A stretch of 64,000 nucleotides of DNA from Myxococcota bacterium (GCA_965223415.1 OZ245002.1:2272001-2336000), one strand, 5' to 3'. Counted from the stretch's first letter, positions 48,068 to 58,833 are shown. Translations and numbers: made by a program. The notes: a model not told the origin generated them from the letters alone.

Positions 48068-48861
48068 CGTCCCTTGAAGACCGGATCCCGGCGCTCGACG
48101 AAGGAGGCCACGCCTTCGGCGGCGTCCTCGCTATTCGCCAGCCGGCGCTGGGTCTCGCGGAACTCAGACACCGCCGCCTCCTGCCCCTTCAGGGCGTAGA
48201 GTCGCGACGAAGCCTTGGTCGCCTGGATCGCGAGCGGCGCCAGGGCGCAGATCTTCTCGCCCAGCTCGATCGCCCGGTCGAGCTCCGTTCCCGCCGGCAC
48301 GACCTCCTGCACGAGTCCACAGCGCAGGGCCTCCGCCGCGTCGAACTCTTCGACCACCAGCAGGTGGTACATGGCGTTGCCCCAACCGCCACGCTCGACG
48401 AAGCGGATCGTCGCGCCGCCGGTCGCCATGATCCCGCGCTTCGGCTCGAGCTGGGAGAAGCGGCAGTCGTCGGCCGCCACCACGATGTCCGCACCGAGCA
48501 TCCACTCGATGCCCGCGGTGAAGGTGATGCCGCGCACCGCGACCACGACGGGCTTGCGGCAGCACCGTCCGCTGAGCCCCGTGGGATCCACTCGTGCGCT
48601 TCCACGTTCCGCCCCGCCGGACTCCTTCATGCGGTCGTGCCACTTCGGCAGGTCGAGACCCGCCGTGAAGTGATCGCCGTGGCCGAAGAGCACACCGACG
48701 CGCAGCTCCTCGTCCTCGTCGAGCCGGGTGTAGGCATCCACCAGCTCGTCCCACATCTTCGGCGTGATGCCGTTGCGCTTCTCGGGCCGGTCGATGCCGA
48801 TCAGCAGGAGATGCCCTCGCTGCTCGACGCTGATGCCGCCCTCCGGATCCCGCCCGCTCAA
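48064..48861 (-). CDS. Crotonase/enoyl-CoA hydratase
   Basis: DRPEKRN, FTAGLDL, GWGNAM, FVERRDPVF; TTGA overlap with SDR. Confidence 0.9.
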   Translation of the reverse strand: MSGRDPEGGISVEQRGHLLLIGIDRPEKRNGITPKMWDELVDAYTRLDEDEELRVGVLFGHGDHFTAGLDLPKWHDRMKESGGAERGSARVDPTGLSGRCCRKPVVVAVRGITFTAGIEWMLGADIVVAADDCRFSQLEPKRGIMATGGATIRFVERGGWGNAMYHLLVVEEFDAAEALRCGLVQEVVPAGTELDRAIELGEKICALAPLAIQATKASSRLYALKGQEAAVSEFRETQRRLANSEDAAEGVASFVERRDPVFKGR

Positions 48862-49760
48862 GACTTCGGCCTCGCGAAGGGGTTGGGCTGGTAGATGGCC
48901 TCGCGGAAGGCCGTCTCCATCTCGGCGATGGCGACGTCGTGGTCCCACAGGCCGTCGGTCATGATCTGGCGGGTCATCACCGGGTTCGAGAACAGCCCGA
49001 TCTTGCCGTTGCCCGCCTCGATCACGCGCCCGTTGATCCAGTCGCTCTGCTCCATGGCGAGGTAGAGGACCGGCGGCACCACGTTGGCCGCGGAGATGCG
49101 CGGGTTGTCCGCGCTGTAGTCCATCACGGTGCTCTTGCCCTCCAGGCTCGCCGTCATCCGGGTGAAGGCGATCGGCGCCACGCAGTTGGCCGTCACGCCG
49201 TAGCCCCCCAGCGAGTTGGCGCACGAGAAGGTGAGACCGACGATGCCCATCTTGGCGGCGGCGTAGTTCGGCTGGGTGGGTGAGCCGTAGAGCCCCGACC
49301 CGGAGACGAAGTTGATGATGCGGTACTGGCCGCCGCGGTTCTCCCGCCACCAGGCCGAGGCGTGGCGAATCGTGTTGAACGTGCCCTTCAGGTGCACGCC
49401 GATCACCGCATCCCAGTGCTCCTCTTCGAGCTTGAAGATCATGCCGTCGCGGATGATCCCCGCGACGTTCACGAGCACGTCGAGGCGGCCAAACTCGTCG
49501 ACGGCGCGCTGGATCATCGCCTGGACGGCCGCGAAGTCCGTCACGTCGGTTCCGTCCGCGATCGCCTTGCCACCGGCCGCGCTGATCCGTCGGGCGACCT
49601 CCTGGGCGGGGCCCGCATCGGAGCCGCCCCCTTCCATCGGCGCGCCCAAATCGTTCACGAGCACCGAGGCACCCTCGGCCGCGAAGCACTCGGCCACCGC
49701 GGCGCCGATGCCGCGGCCTCCACCGGTGATGACGGCGACCCGTCCGTCGAGCTTTCCCAT
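48858..49760 (-). CDS. SDR family oxidoreductase
   Basis: TGGGRGIG, VLVNDLG, NYAAAK. Confidence 0.92.
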   Translation of the reverse strand: MGKLDGRVAVITGGGRGIGAAVAECFAAEGASVLVNDLGAPMEGGGSDAGPAQEVARRISAAGGKAIADGTDVTDFAAVQAMIQRAVDEFGRLDVLVNVAGIIRDGMIFKLEEEHWDAVIGVHLKGTFNTIRHASAWWRENRGGQYRIINFVSGSGLYGSPTQPNYAAAKMGIVGLTFSCANSLGGYGVTANCVAPIAFTRMTASLEGKSTVMDYSADNPRISAANVVPPVLYLAMEQSDWINGRVIEAGNGKIGLFSNPVMTRQIMTDGLWDHDVAIAEMETAFREAIYQPNPFARPKS

Positions 49761-49833
49761 GTCGTCTCCTGCCGTCCGTGGGGTTCGGAAGCGGCGCATG
49801 GTAGCGGTTCCCCTGCGGTAGCATCCACACCCG

Positions 49834-51012
49834 ATGATCTACGACCCCTACTCGAGGGCGATGCAGGAGGACCCGTTCCCCGTCTATCACCATTTCCTCG
49901 AGAACGAGCCCTGCACCTGGAACGCGAAGATGGACTTCTACGCCCTCTTCCGCTTCCAGGACGTCTGGGACGCGACCCTCGATTGGGAGACCTACAGCTC
50001 GCGGCTCGGGCCCTCCCTCGAGAATCGCGGCGAGCTGCCCGGCGAGCTGATGTCGATCATCGGCATGGACCCGCCGCGGCACGTGCGGCTGCGCACGTTG
50101 ATCTCGAAGGGCTTCACGCCCCGGCGCATCGCCGCCCTCGAAGCGGAGATCCGCGCCATCGCCGCCCACTATCTCGACGCCTTCGTGGCCGCCGGCGGCG
50201 GGGAGATCCAGGAGGCCTTCTCGAGCAAGCTGCCGATGGACGTGATCAGTGCGTTGCTCGGCATTCCGGAGGAGGCGCGGGAGGAGTACCGGGTCGGCGT
50301 CGATCTCATGCTCCGGCGCGACCCGGAGACCGGGGCCATCCCCGAAGAAGCCGGGCCCGCCAGCGCCCGCAACCGCGAGACCCTGGTGCGCCTCCTCGAG
50401 GAGCGGCGGCGGCGCCCCCGGGAGGACCTGATCACCGTGCTGGCGAAGAGTGCGCTCGAGGACGCCGACGGAACGAAGCGGCCGCTCCGCGACGACGAGG
50501 TCGCCGCCTTCGTCGGCCTCCTCGCCGCCGCCGGCTACGAGACGACCACCAAGCTGCTCGGCAACTGCTTCGTCTACCTGGCCCGCCACCCGGACCAGCG
50601 CCGGGTGCTGTGGGACGACCCCTCCCTGATTCCGAACGCCGTGGAGGAGGTGCTTCGCTACGACGCGCCCTCCCAGTTCCAGGGACGCGTGGCGGAGCGA
50701 GACGTGACCGTCTACGGCGTGACCATCCCGAAGGGCGCCCGGGTCGCACTCGTCACCGGTGCCGCCTGCCGGGACCCGCGCGAGTTCGACGAGCCCGATC
50801 GTCTCGATCTCCGCCGCCGCGCGCCGCGCCAGCTCTACTTCGGCTACGGCCATCACGTGTGCATCGGCAAGTCCCTGGCGCGTCTCGAAGCGCGACTCGC
50901 CCTCGAGGAGGTCGCCGCGCGCTTTCCGGACTACGAGGTCGACGAGGCAGGCCTGACGCGCACCTATCAAGCCCACGTTCGTGGCTTCGCCACCGTTCCG
51001 CTGCGGGTCTGA
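49834..51012 (+). CDS. Cytochrome P450
   Basis: MDPPRH, AGYETT, EEVLR, FGYGHHVCIG heme motif. Confidence 0.95.
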   Translation: MIYDPYSRAMQEDPFPVYHHFLENEPCTWNAKMDFYALFRFQDVWDATLDWETYSSRLGPSLENRGELPGELMSIIGMDPPRHVRLRTLISKGFTPRRIAALEAEIRAIAAHYLDAFVAAGGGEIQEAFSSKLPMDVISALLGIPEEAREEYRVGVDLMLRRDPETGAIPEEAGPASARNRETLVRLLEERRRRPREDLITVLAKSALEDADGTKRPLRDDEVAAFVGLLAAAGYETTTKLLGNCFVYLARHPDQRRVLWDDPSLIPNAVEEVLRYDAPSQFQGRVAERDVTVYGVTIPKGARVALVTGAACRDPREFDEPDRLDLRRRAPRQLYFGYGHHVCIGKSLARLEARLALEEVAARFPDYEVDEAGLTRTYQAHVRGFATVPLRV

Positions 51013-51017
51013 AAGAA

Positions 51018-51821
51018 GTGGCCGAGGCCGTGTACCGGCGCGACGGGGAGCTCTACGTCCCGACCGAATGGGCCGGCGGGCCGTGGTCGACCGAGAGCCA
51101 GCACGGCGGTCCGATCAACGCGCTCCTCGCGCGGGCCGTCCTCGAAGCCGCCCAGGAGACCGGCTTCGTGCCGGTGCGGATCACGATCGATCTGCTCGGC
51201 CCCGTGCCGATGCAGGCCCTCCGCGCGGCGCGGAGGGACGCGCGAAGGGGACGGCGCCAGGCGGTCGTGGAGACCGCGCTCCTGGCCGGTGATCGCACGG
51301 TCGCCTGCGCCACCGGCGTGCTCCTTCGTCCCAACCCGGAGTTGCCCCCCTCCTGGGAGGTCGACGACACGCCGCTCCCTCCGCCCGACGGTCTCGAGAG
51401 CACGCCGCTCATGCACAAGGCCTACCGGGAGCACGCGCCGCCGGGCTTCCACTGGTCCCTCGAAGTGCGTGTGGTGCCGGGCTCGTCCCCCGCGGCGTGG
51501 ATCCGCACGCCCCTCGAGCTCGTCGAAGGCGAGCCGACGCACCCGCTGCTGCGCGCCGCCGCGGTCTCCGATCTCACCTACGGCCTCGCGGCGCGCACGC
51601 TCCTCAAGGGCGGCTTCACGCCGGCAGACCGCCAGCGGGTGATGCTGATCAACACGGACACGAGCCTCTACTTCGAGCGCCCGCCTGTCGGCGAATGGTT
51701 CGGCTTCCGCCACGAGCTCGTCACCGATCGCCACGGCGTGGGCGTGGCCGAGGTGACGCAGTACGACGTGGAGGGCCGGTGGGGGCGCGCGCTGCAGGTA
51801 CTGATCGCGCACGATCGCTAG
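51018..51821 (+). CDS. TesB-like thioesterase family protein
   Basis: GPWSTESQHGGP, LINTD..LYFERPP. Confidence 0.82.
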   Translation: MAEAVYRRDGELYVPTEWAGGPWSTESQHGGPINALLARAVLEAAQETGFVPVRITIDLLGPVPMQALRAARRDARRGRRQAVVETALLAGDRTVACATGVLLRPNPELPPSWEVDDTPLPPPDGLESTPLMHKAYREHAPPGFHWSLEVRVVPGSSPAAWIRTPLELVEGEPTHPLLRAAAVSDLTYGLAARTLLKGGFTPADRQRVMLINTDTSLYFERPPVGEWFGFRHELVTDRHGVGVAEVTQYDVEGRWGRALQVLIAHDR

Positions 51822-51875
51822 TGGCAGCCGCTCGGAGGCTGGCGCACTTTTCCCGGAAGCGAACGGAGCCCCCAC

Positions 51876-53519
51876 GTGGATTCCTTCACCACCCACGAAG
51901 TCACGAACCAGCCGCCCGCCCTGGAGGACGTGAGCCTCTTCACGTCGGACGTGGCACTGCGCGAGGGGGTGATCGCGGCCGGCGGCAAGTGGGCGTTGCC
52001 GCGCCTCGAGGCCTTCGGGGAGCTGGCTGGATCGGCTTCGTTCCGCGAGCTGGGGCGGCTGGCCAATCGGCACACGCCGGAGCTCCGCAGCCACGACCGC
52101 TTTGGCCACCGCATCGACGAGGTGGAGTTCCATCCCGCATGGCACGAGGTGATGCGCCTCGCGATGGAGCACGAGGTCCACAACCTGCCGTGGCGCGAGC
52201 CGCACGCCGGGGCCCAGCCCGCGCGCAGTGCCCTTCACTCGATGCTCTCCCAGGTGGAGAGCGGATCGTGTTGTCCGCTCACGATGACCTTCGCCTGCCG
52301 GCCGGCCCTGGCCCGGGAGCCGGAGCTCGCGGCTCGCCTCGAGCGGGGCCTGCTCGGCACGACCTACGATCCGGCCCTGCGGCCCGCATCCGAGAAGCCG
52401 TCCCTCCTCGTCGGCATGGCCATGACCGAGAAGCAGGGCGGCAGCGACGTGCGATCGAACTCGACGACGGCGCGGGCCGTGGCCGGAGCCGGCCGGGAGG
52501 TCGAGCTCGTCGGTCACAAGTGGTTCTGCTCGGCGCCGATGTCCGACGCCTTCCTGACCCTCGCCCAGGGCGAACGAGGTCTCACCTGCTACCTGGTGCC
52601 CCGCGTCCTCGACGACGGATCCCGCAACGCCATCCGCATCGAGCGCCTGAAGGAAAAGCTCGGCAACCGTTCGAACGCCTCCAGCGAGATCGAATACACG
52701 GGAGCCCGGGCCTACCGGGTCGGCGAAGACGGCCGGGGCGTGCCGACCATCCTCGAGATGGTGCAGCACACCCGCCTCGACTGCGTCTCCGGCAGCACCG
52801 GCCTGATGCGGCAGGCCTTGGCCCAGGCGCTCCACCACACCGCCCACCGGGAGGCCTTCGGCAAGCGTCTGGTCGACCAGCCCTTGATGCGGGCGGTGCT
52901 CGCCGATCTGGCACTCGAGGTCGAGGCGGCGACAGCGCTGATGCTGCGACTGGCCGAGGCCTTCGACCACGCCGGCGACGACGAAGGCGAGGGCGCCTTC
53001 GCGCGCATCGCCACCGCCGTCGGCAAGTACTGGGTGTGCAAGCGGGCGCCCGCGATGATCTACGAAGCCATGGAGTGCCTGGGCGGTCCCGGCTACGTCG
53101 AGGAATCGATCCTGCCCCGGCTCTACCGGGAGGCGCCGGTGAACGCCATCTGGGAGGGCTCCGGCAACGTCATGTGCCTCGACGTGCTGCGGGCGATGGT
53201 GCGCGAGCCGGATTCGCCGGAGGCGCTGATCGCTGAGCTCCGCTGCGCGAAGGGCGCCGATCGCCGCCTCGACGCGGCCGTCGAAGACCTCGTCGCGGAG
53301 CTCGCACGCACGGAAGACGCGGAGGCTCGCGCGCGCCGCAACGTCGAGCGCATTGCCGTCGCGCTCCAGGCGTCCCTCCTCTTCCGCCGCGCGCCCACTC
53401 CGGTCGCCGAGGCCTTCGTCGCCGGGCGTCTGGGCAAGGGCGGGCTTCTCTTCGGTACGCTGCCTTCCGGCCTCGATCTGGAGGGGATCCTGGAGCGTGC
53501 CCGGCCCGTTCCCCGCTGA
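51876..53519 (+). CDS. aidB: AidB-family acyl-CoA dehydrogenase
   Basis: THEVTNQPP, EFHPAWH, MAMTEKQGGSDVR, IWEGSGNV. Confidence 0.9.
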   Translation: MDSFTTHEVTNQPPALEDVSLFTSDVALREGVIAAGGKWALPRLEAFGELAGSASFRELGRLANRHTPELRSHDRFGHRIDEVEFHPAWHEVMRLAMEHEVHNLPWREPHAGAQPARSALHSMLSQVESGSCCPLTMTFACRPALAREPELAARLERGLLGTTYDPALRPASEKPSLLVGMAMTEKQGGSDVRSNSTTARAVAGAGREVELVGHKWFCSAPMSDAFLTLAQGERGLTCYLVPRVLDDGSRNAIRIERLKEKLGNRSNASSEIEYTGARAYRVGEDGRGVPTILEMVQHTRLDCVSGSTGLMRQALAQALHHTAHREAFGKRLVDQPLMRAVLADLALEVEAATALMLRLAEAFDHAGDDEGEGAFARIATAVGKYWVCKRAPAMIYEAMECLGGPGYVEESILPRLYREAPVNAIWEGSGNVMCLDVLRAMVREPDSPEALIAELRCAKGADRRLDAAVEDLVAELARTEDAEARARRNVERIAVALQASLLFRRAPTPVAEAFVAGRLGKGGLLFGTLPSGLDLEGILERARPVPR

Positions 53520-53531
53520 ACAGGAGAGACG

Positions 53532-54971
53532 ATGTCCCAGCTCATTCGACCCGCTGCCCAGCAGACGCACTGGGACGAGGAGGCGGATGTGCTCGTGGTC
53601 GGCCTCGGCGTCGCCGGCGCGGCCACGGCGCTCGAGGCCGCCGCCCGCGGCGCCGAGACCCTCGTCCTCGAGCGCGCGGGAGGAGGGGGCGGAACCTCCG
53701 CCATGTCCGGCGGCGTGCTCTACCTGGGCGGCGGGACCCGCATGCAGAAGGCCTGCGGCTTCGAGGATTCCGCCGAGGAGATGTTCAAGTACCTGATGGC
53801 CTCCAGCGGTCCGGCTCCGGACGAGGTCAAGATGCGCCTCTACTGCGAAGGCAGCGTGGAGCTCTACGAGTGGGTGCTGGCCCAGGGCGTCCCCTTCAAG
53901 GAGACCCACTACTTCGGCACCAGCGGAGAGCCGCCGACGGACGACGGCCTCGTCTACTCGGGCTCCGAGCGCCACCACCCCTTCAGGGACCTCGCCGTTC
54001 CGGCGCCGCGCGGGCACGTACCCGCCAAGACCTTCCAGGCCGGCCCGCTGTTGATGCAGAAGCTGATCGAGGCAGTCGACGCGAGCCCGGCAGACATCCG
54101 CACGAACCACCGCGTGACGGCGCTGGTGCAGGAGCCCGACGGGCACGTGGTGGGCGTGGTCGCCGAGGTCTTCGGCGACGAGCGCGCGCTGCGCGCGCGT
54201 CGCGGCGTGGTGCTGACCACCGGCGGCTTCGTCCTGAACGACGAGATGCTGGCCGCCCACGCGCCCCTTGCGCTTCGCTGCGGCGTACGCGTGGCAGCCG
54301 ACGGCGACGACGGCAGCGGCATCCAGCTCGGCATGGCGGCCGGTGCAGACGTGCAGCACATGGACGCCGTCTCGATCTCCCTGCCGATCACCGAGCCATG
54401 GGGGCTGAAGCGGGGCCTCCTCGTGAACGAGCAGGGTCAGCGCTTCATCTCCGAGGATCTCTACATGGGCCGCCTCGGCGAATGGGCGCTCTTCCACGCC
54501 GGTGGGAGGGCCTGGCTCGTCGTGGACGACGAGGTCTTCGAGAAGCCCGCCTATTGGCGCGAGCCGGTGGCCGTGGGTGAGACGCCGGCGGAGCTCGAGG
54601 AGGAGATCGGGCTCCCGCCCGGCAGCCTCGAGGCGACCCTCGCCCTCTACAACCGACACGCGGAGCGAGGGGAGGATCCCGTCCACCACAAGATCGCGGA
54701 CTACGTGAAGCCGCTGACGCACCCGCCCTACGGTGCCTTCGACTGCACGGTCGACGGCGGGGCCGCGATCTATGCAGCCTTCACCCTCGGCGGTCTGCGC
54801 AGCGACGTCGATGGCCGCATCCTCGATCCCGCCAGCGACCCCATCCCTGGCCTCTACGGAGCCGGCCGCGCGACGTCCGGCCTGGCGGTGGGGAGCTACA
54901 GCAGTGGCCTCTCCCTGGGCGACGGCGCGTTCTTCGGCAGGCGGGCTGGGCGGGCTGCGGCTTCCGCCTAA
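53532..54971 (+). CDS. FAD-dependent oxidoreductase, 3-ketosteroid dehydrogenase-like
   Basis: VVGLGVAG, GGGTSAMSGG, FTLGGL, YSSGLSLG. Confidence 0.8.
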   Translation: MSQLIRPAAQQTHWDEEADVLVVGLGVAGAATALEAAARGAETLVLERAGGGGGTSAMSGGVLYLGGGTRMQKACGFEDSAEEMFKYLMASSGPAPDEVKMRLYCEGSVELYEWVLAQGVPFKETHYFGTSGEPPTDDGLVYSGSERHHPFRDLAVPAPRGHVPAKTFQAGPLLMQKLIEAVDASPADIRTNHRVTALVQEPDGHVVGVVAEVFGDERALRARRGVVLTTGGFVLNDEMLAAHAPLALRCGVRVAADGDDGSGIQLGMAAGADVQHMDAVSISLPITEPWGLKRGLLVNEQGQRFISEDLYMGRLGEWALFHAGGRAWLVVDDEVFEKPAYWREPVAVGETPAELEEEIGLPPGSLEATLALYNRHAERGEDPVHHKIADYVKPLTHPPYGAFDCTVDGGAAIYAAFTLGGLRSDVDGRILDPASDPIPGLYGAGRATSGLAVGSYSSGLSLGDGAFFGRRAGRAAASA

Positions 54972-55765
54972 CGAGGGATCCCCAGGAAGTCGCCCACGAC
55001 CCGGTTCCAGGCGCCGGCCCGCTCGAAGTAGGGCGAGTGGCCCGTGTCGAGTTCCTCGACGCGGGCTCCCGGCACGAGCGCGGCGGTGGCCCGGATCAGC
55101 TCCGGCGGGAAGAGGGCGTCTTCCGTCCCGGTCGTGAAGAGCACGGGACAGGAGAGCTGGGTGAGCTCCTCCCGTCCCACCACGCTGGTGACGAGGCTCG
55201 GCGCGATCTTGCCCAGGTCCGGCTCACCGAAGCGGCTCAAGGCCTGGTAGAGATAGGCCAGCTCCGGGCGCCTCTCTCCCAGGCTCTCGGCGAGGGCGGG
55301 GTGGCGACCGAGTGCGTCGGGCGCGTCGAGACTTCCGGCACCGAGCTGTCGCCAGGCCTCCTCCAGTGCTGGGGTCTGGATGCCGCCGGGGGTATTCGAG
55401 AGCACGAGCCGCCGCACCCGCGCTGCGTTCCGGAGCGCCACCCGGAGCACCGTCCACCCGCCCATGGACTGGCCGACGAGGTCGGCCTGGCCGATGCCCC
55501 GATGGTCGAGCAGCGCGAGCAGGTCGTCCGCTGCGAGCGCCGGCGTCGTGGGCCCGCCGTGGGCGGTCGAGCGTCCGAACCCCCGGTGGTCCCAGGCGAT
55601 CACCCGCCGGTGGCGCGCGAACACCGGCACCTGCTGGAACCACACCGCGTGGTTGCCGCCGGCACCGTGGCAGAGAACGAGCGCGTCGCCCTCGCCCACG
55701 TCTTCGAAGTAGACGCGCTCGCCATCGCGCTCGAGGAAGCCAGTCTCCCGTCGGATGGCCGTCAT
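54968..55765 (-). CDS. Alpha/beta hydrolase
   Basis: HGAGG, DHRGFGRS, GQSMGG, GHSPYFE. Confidence 0.9.
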   Translation of the reverse strand: MTAIRRETGFLERDGERVYFEDVGEGDALVLCHGAGGNHAVWFQQVPVFARHRRVIAWDHRGFGRSTAHGGPTTPALAADDLLALLDHRGIGQADLVGQSMGGWTVLRVALRNAARVRRLVLSNTPGGIQTPALEEAWRQLGAGSLDAPDALGRHPALAESLGERRPELAYLYQALSRFGEPDLGKIAPSLVTSVVGREELTQLSCPVLFTTGTEDALFPPELIRATAALVPGARVEELDTGHSPYFERAGAWNRVVGDFLGIPR

Positions 55766-55786
55766 GGCCGGGAGCGTATCACGCGT

Positions 55787-56533
55787 TCAGGGGCGCTCGG
55801 CCTCGATGCGGCGCAGGTACGCCTTCGGCGGGAGGAAGGCGAGGTAGAGGGCGACGGACGTCGCGGAGCCCCCCAGCCCCACGCAGGTCAGCACCCACGG
55901 CTGGCCCATGAAGTCGACGCCGCGCAGGCCGGCGATGAAGGGGCCGATCATCGTCAGGAGCGAGAAGACGGCGACCACGCCCCACAGGAAGAAGCGGTTC
56001 GCGACGACCGGGCTCGCCAGGCCCAGGGCGAGGCGCCGGCGGAGCAAGCCCCAGTAGCGGAACGACTCGATGCCGGTCCACACGAAGAGGACCATGGTGT
56101 TCGCCTGGTGGCCGAGGGCGCCCCAGGTGGGGATCAGCACGTCCTGGGGGTGCACGAAGGTGAGGCTGGAATGGAGGCTCTCGGCCAGGCAGACCGCGAA
56201 GCCGGCGTAGGCGGTGAGGGCCAGCGCGCGGGCCCAGCCCGCTTCGGGCCGGAACACCCGCCAGGTGAAGGTCCAGACCATGCTCCAGCCGAGGCTCATG
56301 GAGAGCAGGGCGACGCACATGACGAGGGGGCCCGCGTCCCGGCCCTGCTCGCTGACGACGCGGCCCGCCATGAGGATCGGGTAGCCGATGCCCACGACCA
56401 GGAGGAGGCCGGGGCCCAGCATGGCCTCCGGCAGCTCTCTCGTTCGCCGGGCGAGGAGGGCGATCCGCCCGCCCGCCACGCACCCGGAGAGGATGAAGAA
56501 CAGGGTCGAGAGGCCGGCGGCGAGGGTCAGCAT
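55787..56533 (-). CDS. Hypothetical membrane protein, about 7 TM
   Basis: Seven hydrophobic segments. Confidence 0.7.
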   Translation of the reverse strand: MLTLAAGLSTLFFILSGCVAGGRIALLARRTRELPEAMLGPGLLLVVGIGYPILMAGRVVSEQGRDAGPLVMCVALLSMSLGWSMVWTFTWRVFRPEAGWARALALTAYAGFAVCLAESLHSSLTFVHPQDVLIPTWGALGHQANTMVLFVWTGIESFRYWGLLRRRLALGLASPVVANRFFLWGVVAVFSLLTMIGPFIAGLRGVDFMGQPWVLTCVGLGGSATSVALYLAFLPPKAYLRRIEAERP

Positions 56534-56578
56534 GCGAAAGGGCTCATCGGAGCCCCGCAGCGGCAGCTTGACGAGGGC

Positions 56579-58771
56579 TCAGCCGGGGGGGCGCAGCCAG
56601 ATCGGCGAGGACCAGGCCCGCTCGCGCACGGGCGCGAGGCAGTCGTCCTCCGGGTCGAAATCCGGGCCGGACGCCGGACACGCGCGCCCGCGGAGGCAGC
56701 GCCCGGCGGCGTCGCGTTCGCAGCGCAGCGGGTCGCCGTTCACCGCCGGCGTGGCGGTCTGGAGGGCCCGGACGTAGTAGAGGGTCTCCCGGGAGCCGTC
56801 GTGCTCCGGATCCTCGAAGTGCACCTCGCAGCCCCCGCCGTCGGCGGGGCAGGGGAAGCTCCGCCACGGGTCGTCGATGCGCTCGGCGATCGGCTCGTCG
56901 CCGGTCACCTGGGGCCGGATGCGCACGACCTCGATGCGCTCGATCGGTGTGCGCGTGTCGGACGGGTGGTAGCACTCGTCCAGGCACAGGCGTTCGAGGC
57001 GCTCGGGGGAGAGGCGCTCCTTCGTGTGGGCCGGGCAGCCGGGGAGCTGCTCGAAGGCGCCGGCCGCGCGCACCACGAAGCGGGGAGACTCCGTGAACGT
57101 GACCTCGCTGCCCATCGGCGCCGGGCCGTTGGGCCCGTTCTCGAGATCGAACCACAAGAGGATGCGCGGGCCGCTGGTCGCGTAGGCGTGGCGCCGGTCG
57201 AGGGCGTCGAAGATCGCGCCCCGGTCCCTTCCCGTGGCGTGGACGGCCACCAGGCCCGCCGTGTAGTAGAAGGACGCGCCGCGCTCGAAGCCGACGCCGA
57301 CGAATGCCAGGGCCCCGGCCGGCTCGCTCACGGGCTCCCGCGCCGGCGTCTGCGCCGGGACCAGCCGGTCGTACCAGTCGCGGCGGAAGCCGTAGGCGTC
57401 GCCGAAGGCCTTGCGCGCGGTCTCCTTGTAGCCCGGGCCGGGCCTGGCCTTGTGGTTGTCGCTGGATCCGATCAGCCCGAAGCGGAAGGCGCCCGCCTCG
57501 CCCGCCTCCGGGTTGCGGGCGGTCAGGCCGTACTGGGCGCTCATGTCCGGCCGGTACTCGAAGGCACCGAAGTCGCCGGCCGCAAGCTGGCCGCATTCCA
57601 GCCAGTCTTCCGGGCGCGTCCCCGCCACGACGACGTAGTGGCTGCCGTCGAGCGATCGCTCGCGCGTCTCTCGCACCCGTTCTTCGCACACCTCGGGCGC
57701 CGCGTCGCCGCAGCGGGAACGGATGATTTCCCCGGCCTGCCAGCAGCACGGCAGGTAGCCGTCCCGCGGCGGTGCGCACTGGCGGTTGCCGTCGGCGTCG
57801 ACCACGGCGTCCGTCCACTCCCGGTAGAGCTCCGAGGCGCCGTGCCCGGAGTAGACCTCGATCAGTCTCTGGCGAGACGGGTCGTGGCGCCCGGCTTCGA
57901 GCTGCAGGCCCAGCTGGGCCGACGGCGGCGCGTGGATGCCCCAGGACGTGCCGTGGGGGATCACGAGGCTCGGAAAGCCCCAGTCGTCGAGCTTGGCGAA
58001 GAGCTCTTCGGGCGTGGCAGCGCCCTCGAGGCAATCCTCCGGGAGCTCCCGGACCGGAGCACCTGCGGGACACACTTCCGTGTCGCGCACGTCCCGGGTG
58101 AAGCGGTTGAAGTCGAGGTAGGGACGCAGGTTGCCGAGATCGCCAAGGGTGATGCCGGCGCGGAGCAGCGCCCAGACCGCGCCGGGGACCGGGGCGGAGA
58201 AGAGGCCGCCGCCACCGGCGCCGATGGGTCGGCTGGGCACCGCATCGTCGGCAGTGTCACGGAACACGACGTTCTTGTGCCCGAAGTGGGCGGCGGTCGC
58301 GCCCATCCAGGCCGGTGCGGACTGGGTCCACTCCCAGCCGAGGAACGAGACGAGATCCGGGTTGGCCGGATCCCCGGCCACCTCGTTGCACTCGCGGATG
58401 GCCTGCTTCGTCTCCTCCCACTGCCAGGGCAGGAGGCTCTCGGCGTGATCGTTGATGCTCCAGAAGTCGAGCTCGGCGCAGAAGCGCGCGAAGTCGCAGG
58501 CGTCCGCCGGCGGGTGCACGCCCTCGCCCTGCATCAAGGGCAGGCTGAAGACGAAGGCGTCCCCGGAGTAGGTGGTGTGGACGTGGAGGTCGCCGAACAG
58601 GATCTGCCGCTGGCGGCTCTGGCGGGCGGCGACGGCCGGCGCCGGGATCGGCGAGGCGGCAGGCTCGCCCCGGCCGTGGCGGCGGCCGGTGACGCCCTCG
58701 GAGAGGAAGGTGATCGCTCCCACGAGGCCGAGCGTGACCACCACCAGGCCGAGCAGGAGGCGTCGCAGCAC
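56579..58771 (-). CDS. DUF3604 PHP-like metallohydrolase, membrane anchored
   Basis: FGDLHVHTTYS, SINDHAE, GSSDNH, YATSGPRI, ERAWSSPIW. Confidence 0.85.
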   Translation of the reverse strand: MLRRLLLGLVVVTLGLVGAITFLSEGVTGRRHGRGEPAASPIPAPAVAARQSRQRQILFGDLHVHTTYSGDAFVFSLPLMQGEGVHPPADACDFARFCAELDFWSINDHAESLLPWQWEETKQAIRECNEVAGDPANPDLVSFLGWEWTQSAPAWMGATAAHFGHKNVVFRDTADDAVPSRPIGAGGGGLFSAPVPGAVWALLRAGITLGDLGNLRPYLDFNRFTRDVRDTEVCPAGAPVRELPEDCLEGAATPEELFAKLDDWGFPSLVIPHGTSWGIHAPPSAQLGLQLEAGRHDPSRQRLIEVYSGHGASELYREWTDAVVDADGNRQCAPPRDGYLPCCWQAGEIIRSRCGDAAPEVCEERVRETRERSLDGSHYVVVAGTRPEDWLECGQLAAGDFGAFEYRPDMSAQYGLTARNPEAGEAGAFRFGLIGSSDNHKARPGPGYKETARKAFGDAYGFRRDWYDRLVPAQTPAREPVSEPAGALAFVGVGFERGASFYYTAGLVAVHATGRDRGAIFDALDRRHAYATSGPRILLWFDLENGPNGPAPMGSEVTFTESPRFVVRAAGAFEQLPGCPAHTKERLSPERLERLCLDECYHPSDTRTPIERIEVVRIRPQVTGDEPIAERIDDPWRSFPCPADGGGCEVHFEDPEHDGSRETLYYVRALQTATPAVNGDPLRCERDAAGRCLRGRACPASGPDFDPEDDCLAPVRERAWSSPIWLRPPG

Positions 58772-58804
58772 CGGCTCAGCATGCCACAGCCCCCCGAAGG
58801 GGCA

Positions 58805-58833
58805 TTTACAATACGCAACGTATCGTATATGAT
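58805..58833 (+). promoter_or_regulatory. Sigma70 promoter TTTACA-17-TATGAT with palindrome ATACG-CAA-CGTAT in the spacer
   Basis: Near-consensus hexamers; GTG start 6 nt downstream with no RBS. Confidence 0.7.
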
